NCBI GenBank assembly: GCA_044892525.1
Contig: CM097885.1
Coordinates: 36,148,001-36,212,000, forward strand
Origin: Schmidtea polychroa
Lineage: Eukaryota
Length of the DNA: 64,000 bases
Direction: 5' to 3'
The position numbers and the translations under genes are program-made. This document shows, piece after piece, positions 47,466 through 64,000 of the stretch; positions within the stretch are counted from its first letter, which is position 1; each line of letters starts with the position of its first letter. The notes under the pieces were generated by a model. That model saw only the letters and a list, made by a program, of their open reading frames with translations, had not been told where the DNA came from and searched no databases.

Positions 47466-48309
47466 TAAATAATCAAATAATTAACCTTAACTCAGTTATT
47501 TTTTATTTGTATTCCCTGGACTATCAAAACCTCAATAAAAAACCGTAAAATTTACGATAAAATTAATACTAATTGAAAATGAAGAAACGCATAAATAATA
47601 CATTTTTAGGACATTAAATAAACCGTTCTGTGACAAAATATTGAACAAAAAATAATGGCAATTATGAAATCTCTCTTAGGTATAAAATGTATTATTTCCT
47701 TTTTCTACATTTAGGTATTTTTCGAAATTAAATAGGATTTTCCTTTGAAAAATTTCATTATAATTTTAGCTTTAGTAGTGGTTTTATCAAACGGATGTGT
47801 AAAGAGCCATAAACGAATGGAATAAATAATTTAATTAAAATTGACATTTAATGGAACAGCATAAATTTATATACATGTATATATATTTATACATGTATAA
47901 AAAAAGACATCAATATAGAAAAATAAGACTTTTTACTTGAATTCTCACTTAAGTCTCCAATTTCCTTCATCTATATTCTGGGTAAAAATTATAAAAATTT
48001 TTTCATTGATGACTTTAAATTTTTTAATTTAATTTAAAAAATTTTTAAGGTTTAACAAACTCTATTTTAATCTCTATTTCAATACACTTCAATGACATTT
48101 GTGAAACAACAATTTAAAACTTTGTGTTTAAATTTAGTGTTCAACCAAACAAAAGATGTTTTTAATACTTTACTAGATTTTAACAAGAATTTATTAACAT
48201 TTTCATTGGAGTTTCAACTTCATTATAATATAAATTATAACATTTTGTTTTATGCCTATTTTTTGTTGTAATTGTACTTTTATCTTTTTTAATTAATTAT
48301 TACTCTTAA

Positions 48310-48391
<82 letters not shown>

Positions 48392-48443
48392 TATTATTAT
48401 TATTATTATTTATTATTATTATTATTATTATTATCATTATTAA

Positions 48444-48537
<94 letters not shown>

Positions 48538-50083
48538 GTTATTAACACTATTAACGTTTTCATTATTTTAACATAAAAGTCAAAAGGAAATATAGAAAAG
48601 GAAATCGTTTTTTTTTCTTTTAATAAAGAAACTGAAAGAAACTAACTATTAATGAAATTAAATAATTAGTTTATATTTTATATATATAAAAAGAATATTT
48701 TTTAATGATTTCATTTAATCATTTAATTTGACAAACAAATCCAAAAAAAGTGAATAATTAATTGGCTTTTAAATTTGCATTAATTATTTTGATAAATCTA
48801 CTTTCAAAATGAAATTTGTAATATTATATGCAATTATAATTATAAAGAAATATATTTTTAAAGCTTTTTTGAAGGTAAATTTATTTATAGAATTTCAAAA
48901 TAATATCATAAGTTGAATGATGTAAATGCATGTAGTTTTGGGTACCAGAAATAAGTTTCCATTAGGACTTTTCAAATAGTAAATAAAATATATTAAATAA
49001 AAATCATATTTATTAGAAATGTATTATTAGTTAAACAAGAAATTAATCCTTGAAACATGTAAGAGATAACATATTTCTATTTATTTACTTCATCCGTGGC
49101 ATTGTGGCATGAACCAATTTTTTAAATCCTTTTTTAAATGAATGCACTTTTAAAACAAAATTTCATTTCACCCTTTTATTATCAAATTGAAATTAAATTA
49201 TATTTACATCCATTTCTATACACAAGAATTTTGTAGGTTTCTCATACGCATAGTTTGTAGGGTATCAAATAAATTTATAGATTTGCTAAAAGGATTATAA
49301 ATGTGATATATGATGTATATGAAAGTAAAGTACACAAATTTCCAGATAAGAGGATTACTGATGAAACAAAAATTTGATACTAACCAAATTATTAAAAATT
49401 TGTAAATTAATTTCCATAAAAACTTATTGCTATTAATTAAAAAATCTTTAACATAATAAATAATTTTATGTTCGATTGGTCCGAGTGAATTTTAGAAAAT
49501 GAATCAAAAATTAATTAACTGGCATATTTGAAAGTTTTTAAAGATAAAAAGTTCAGTGAAAACAAATATTTCCATTTATCAAATATATAATCAGTGTAAT
49601 ATTTATGACTGTTGTTCGTACATTGCCGTTCCATTGCCGTTCCATTGCTTCACATACGGTTATCAATAGTTTTATGGTTTGTTTTCTGCCAATTTATTAA
49701 TTGGTTTATTTGTAAACATTTTAAGATGATTTAGAAAGTGTGTGAAAATCATTTTCTTATTTTAATTGTAAACAGTTAAAATAAGGAAATTAAATTAAGT
49801 CAAATCGTTTTGCTTGTTCTGAACAAGCAGTTTTGATGGATTGTAAAAATTAAGGAAATCATATTATTATTCTTAAAATAATAATAATAATAATTATTAT
49901 TATTATTTTTACAGATGTTTATAAATAATTTTAATTTATTAAATTTTTAAACTCTAAGCAAATAAGAACTTCTATGAGTAAAAATTAATATTCAATTATA
50001 CTTAGGTATCAAATTTATTCTTTTTAATTTTTTGGTAAAAAGAGAATTTATTTATTAAGCTTAAATTAAAATTTAAAATTTAA

Positions 50084-50203
<120 letters not shown>

Positions 50204-51934
50204 CATTATTTGTTGAATTTGTGAAATTTTCGTTAAATATTTAATCTATTTAAACCTCTTTCCTACGTAAAAATTAACATTACATTTTACCTTGATATTC
50301 ACACATGTTTCGAAATTACACCAACATCAACCTTTTAATACAACATACCATTAATTTTTATCTTATATTTAACATTATTCTATTTATAAAACTTTACAGT
50401 TTAGATCATTTTGGAATATAACAATGGTGACGTGGTCAATATTTCTTGGGTAGATTTAGTTCTCGGTCATATAAACCTTTTATTTACTATAAAACGTTAT
50501 TAATGTCTTAACATTTCATCAAATGTCATGACCATTATAAAGTCTCAAGTTGGTCATTTAAAATCATATTTTCACGGCCCAGAAATTCAAAACACTTAAA
50601 CTGATGTCATTCAAAGGAAGTTTGCAATAAGGTCAAAGATTTTATACAAATTATTGTTTATTATGTAATTTTCTAATGTAATGAAAAATTCATTAACAAA
50701 AGATATTTCCGTATTATTGTCATTTCTTTTTATGGTGGATAGCAATTATTGAAACAAATTCAAGGAAATTAATTGGATATATATTTTCAACAAGAAAAGC
50801 TTTCAGCATTTATTCATCAACAATCACAAAATCATATTTTAATTAAAAAACTAAAAACATGCATAATTTATTTTTGATGTTTTTCAATTCTCTCGATTGT
50901 CATCTCTTTTTTGACTATCCATGAATATTTTGTTTTATCTATGCTAACTTTTTAAAAAAATTTAAGAGACAATATATTAAATAAGAATATTTAAAATAGT
51001 TTTTAAACCTGAAAAAAAATTATTAAGTTCTTAAAAATAATTTCCAAAAAATAATAAAATTGGAAATAGTATTAAATTGAAATTAAAAAAAACACATAAT
51101 AATGTGCTTGTACAATAATTTTTGTAAATAAATAGAAATGTGTTTTTATTTTTTTGCATAATTTTATTTAAATTTAATTTAAGTTAAAAAAAGATTGAAT
51201 ACCAGTGATTTGGACAGTTGGCTGTGGGAAGATTCAAAGAAAACTTGCTTATTTCGACTTATCTTTTATTTTACAATACAATAAATGTTAACTAAATTTT
51301 ACTAAACTCAAATTTTTCATTATAAAAAACGACAGGTAAATAGATAACAATCGCTTTATTTCATCGAAAATCAGTGTCACTTTCTGGTTAATTATTTGTC
51401 TCACTTCAACTTTTTGTGCATCACTGAACATTTAATTACCAATCTAAGATTGATAAATATTATCTGTACTTTTTCATAATCCTATTGTGATTATTATTAT
51501 GATTATTTTTGTCATTATCGCTGTTACAGAATAAAACAAATTAAAATGATTACAAAAATCTTATTGTTACAAATATAATCAAGTCTATAATTTTTTATTC
51601 ATGTCTTCAATTTAATAATTAATTTTTATTATTTTCGATTTGTTTACATATATTAAATTAATTATTTCACATTTGAAAATAATACGTATCATTTTCATTA
51701 ATTAATTTGTTTTTAATTATTAAATGATAAATTATCACTATAGAGAATTACGAAAAATTAATCAAAAATTAAAAATAAAATTAGAAATTAAAATTTCAAA
51801 AGATACAAAATACCAACTTTATGAAGACCTAATTTATTCAATCCCAAACTTTAAGAAGATCCAGTTAATGATCACCTATTATGGTATGTCAATAATTCGA
51901 TAATCACATATAAATTTGGGAACATGCAATAATC

Positions 51935-52293
51935 CAGTGTTGTCCAAATTGTGTGCCTTGTTTTTCCAAACAACTTAATAAACGGAAATTGAATTGTGGA
52001 TATTTTAACAGTTATTTCAAATTTAAATGTTAATCAGTCAATTAAGTGTGAAATTTATTTGTTTACAATCATATTTATATTTCTTACTAGAAATATTGAA
52101 TATCTAAAATACGTAAGCAGCTTAATTATGTTTAATTAGAATCTTAAATATTACATAATAATATTTTTTAGTTTATAAGCTTTTCATTTCTTATTAAAAG
52201 ATTAGTAAAAAAAGTGCAATAAAATATTGCAAATAAAGTAAATTTTTTATTCAGCCAAGTATGCCGTGGCTCAAAAAAGTTTGGACAACACTG
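51935..52293. mobile_element. Non-autonomous hAT MITE
   Basis: Perfect TIR CAGTGTTGTCCAAA and perfect 8-bp TSD CAATAATC. Confidence 0.92.
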
Positions 52294-53697
52294 CAATAAT
52301 CTATAAAAATTGGTACAAAAAAGTTAGATGCATGTTCGAATCTGACTTATTTCCTGCTTTGAGACTTTTAAAATATTAACCCACTATGTGTCAGTGTATT
52401 TTCGAGTGGTAAATTTGTTGTATTGAGGCTTCTAAATTTAAATTAAATGCCATTCAATAATAATTTGGTAGATGAAATCATGCTATTGACTGCATTTTGA
52501 TTGGGTCAAAAATTGTTTATATATATATTTACAAATTGTTTTTCAGTTTTAAAAATCATGACGGCTGTTTCTTTTAAAAATGGTAAAATTTTTATTGTTA
52601 ATTTACACAAAAATTATTCTTTAAATCTGATGGCTAACTTGTCAAATGATGAAATTGATATTTTGAAAAATGAGTTTATAAAAATCAAAATGATTTCTTT
52701 ACCAATATGAGAAATAGAACGCGCAAGACTTGCTCTTGGATTTTGATTATCTATAAATTACTAATAAATGTAATAACCTGTATTTTTATTTATTTTTATT
52801 AGTTTAATAAGTACATAGTTAACAAAGCCATGACTAATAAAGACATTAAAAACTATATATCTTTTGATTATTTCATTTAAGAGATATAACTTTTTAATGA
52901 TAAATACTTGTCTTATAAAGCCCTACAACATACCAAAATTAGGTTTTTTCATGAAAAAATCTTTTAAAATTTGAATTTTAAATCTTTCAGTTTTTAAAAC
53001 TTTTGAAAATCAATTTGAAATTCGAAGACTTTTAAGCTAATTTCCATAACCTTGTAGGGTATCATATATAGTCCAATATGTTTTCCATGGTGAAGCTAAT
53101 CTTTTAAATAATATTTGAGTAAAACTTTAAGTGTAAAGATTTGTTACCTTTTGAAGGTTTTGACTCAGCATGGATGAACCCTCGAAGTTCGAGGTAGCAC
53201 AACAATGTAGAGCACAGACGACACTATATACCCACCAAACATTGTTATCATAAAATAATATAAATCCTTGTAATTAGAAAATATTATAACAGCTCGCTGT
53301 TAAATGGATATCGCCGAATTTTTGAACAATCGAAAATGGCGGGGGATGGGGAGTTGAGCCTGAGTTACATAAGATGTCCCTCCACTATAATGAAACGAGA
53401 TTTGTCATCCAAATATTTAGAGCGATTTCTCTATCCTAATTCAACATAAACAGTAAAATAAGTAAAACAAAAGAAAACGGTTCTCCTGGGAAAATGGATT
53501 GATTAAGGCTGATTGAAATTAAAAGTATAGATTACTATGGCATATTAAATTTAAAAGACAATATTTTCTTATCGTTTATTATTATTACAATAAATACTTT
53601 GCATAGAAAAGTACATTTCTATTAATAATATACAATATCTAACATCTATACTTATAACTTATGAAGTTTAATTCTTTAACATAGATTTCATAAATTT

Positions 53698-63895
<10,198 letters not shown>

Positions 63896-64000
63896 CTGGA
63901 AGAAAATTATAAGTAAAATTATAAATTATAAGAAAATTATTCCATTACATTATTAATATCTTAAAAGAATATTTAAAAATAATACAAAATTGTTTACGTT

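Overview
Very AT-rich, intron-containing eukaryotic DNA with long (AAT)n and (TA)n tracts and 45-55 nt introns. The neuropeptide and repeat content point to a freshwater planarian (Dugesiidae); this is inference. I assembled three host genes by hand from splice sites. (1) A complete minus-strand LAMP (lysosome-associated membrane glycoprotein) gene at 2392-21755, with two alternative terminal exons that each encode a transmembrane segment and a YxxPhi tail. (2) A plus-strand eye53-2-like neuropeptide precursor at 30818-38051, with one peptide copy per duplicated 60-nt exon. (3) The 3' part of a minus-strand multi-EF-hand (EFCAB6-like) gene from 53698 to beyond the window end. Introns and spacers carry many transposons: hAT/hATm elements and MITEs with 8-bp TSDs, piggyBac MITEs, a DD34E Tc1-like element, mariner and Merlin relics, a Helitron, Gypsy relics, solo LTRs, and Penelope-like elements with palindromic terminal remnants. 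The most notable observations are a 4.0-kb solo LTR containing an apparently spliced, intact 247-aa gene with transcription-regulator-like features, the LAMP-2-like alternative tails in an invertebrate, and an intronic minimal hammerhead ribozyme. All calls come from reading the sequence; no database searches were run.
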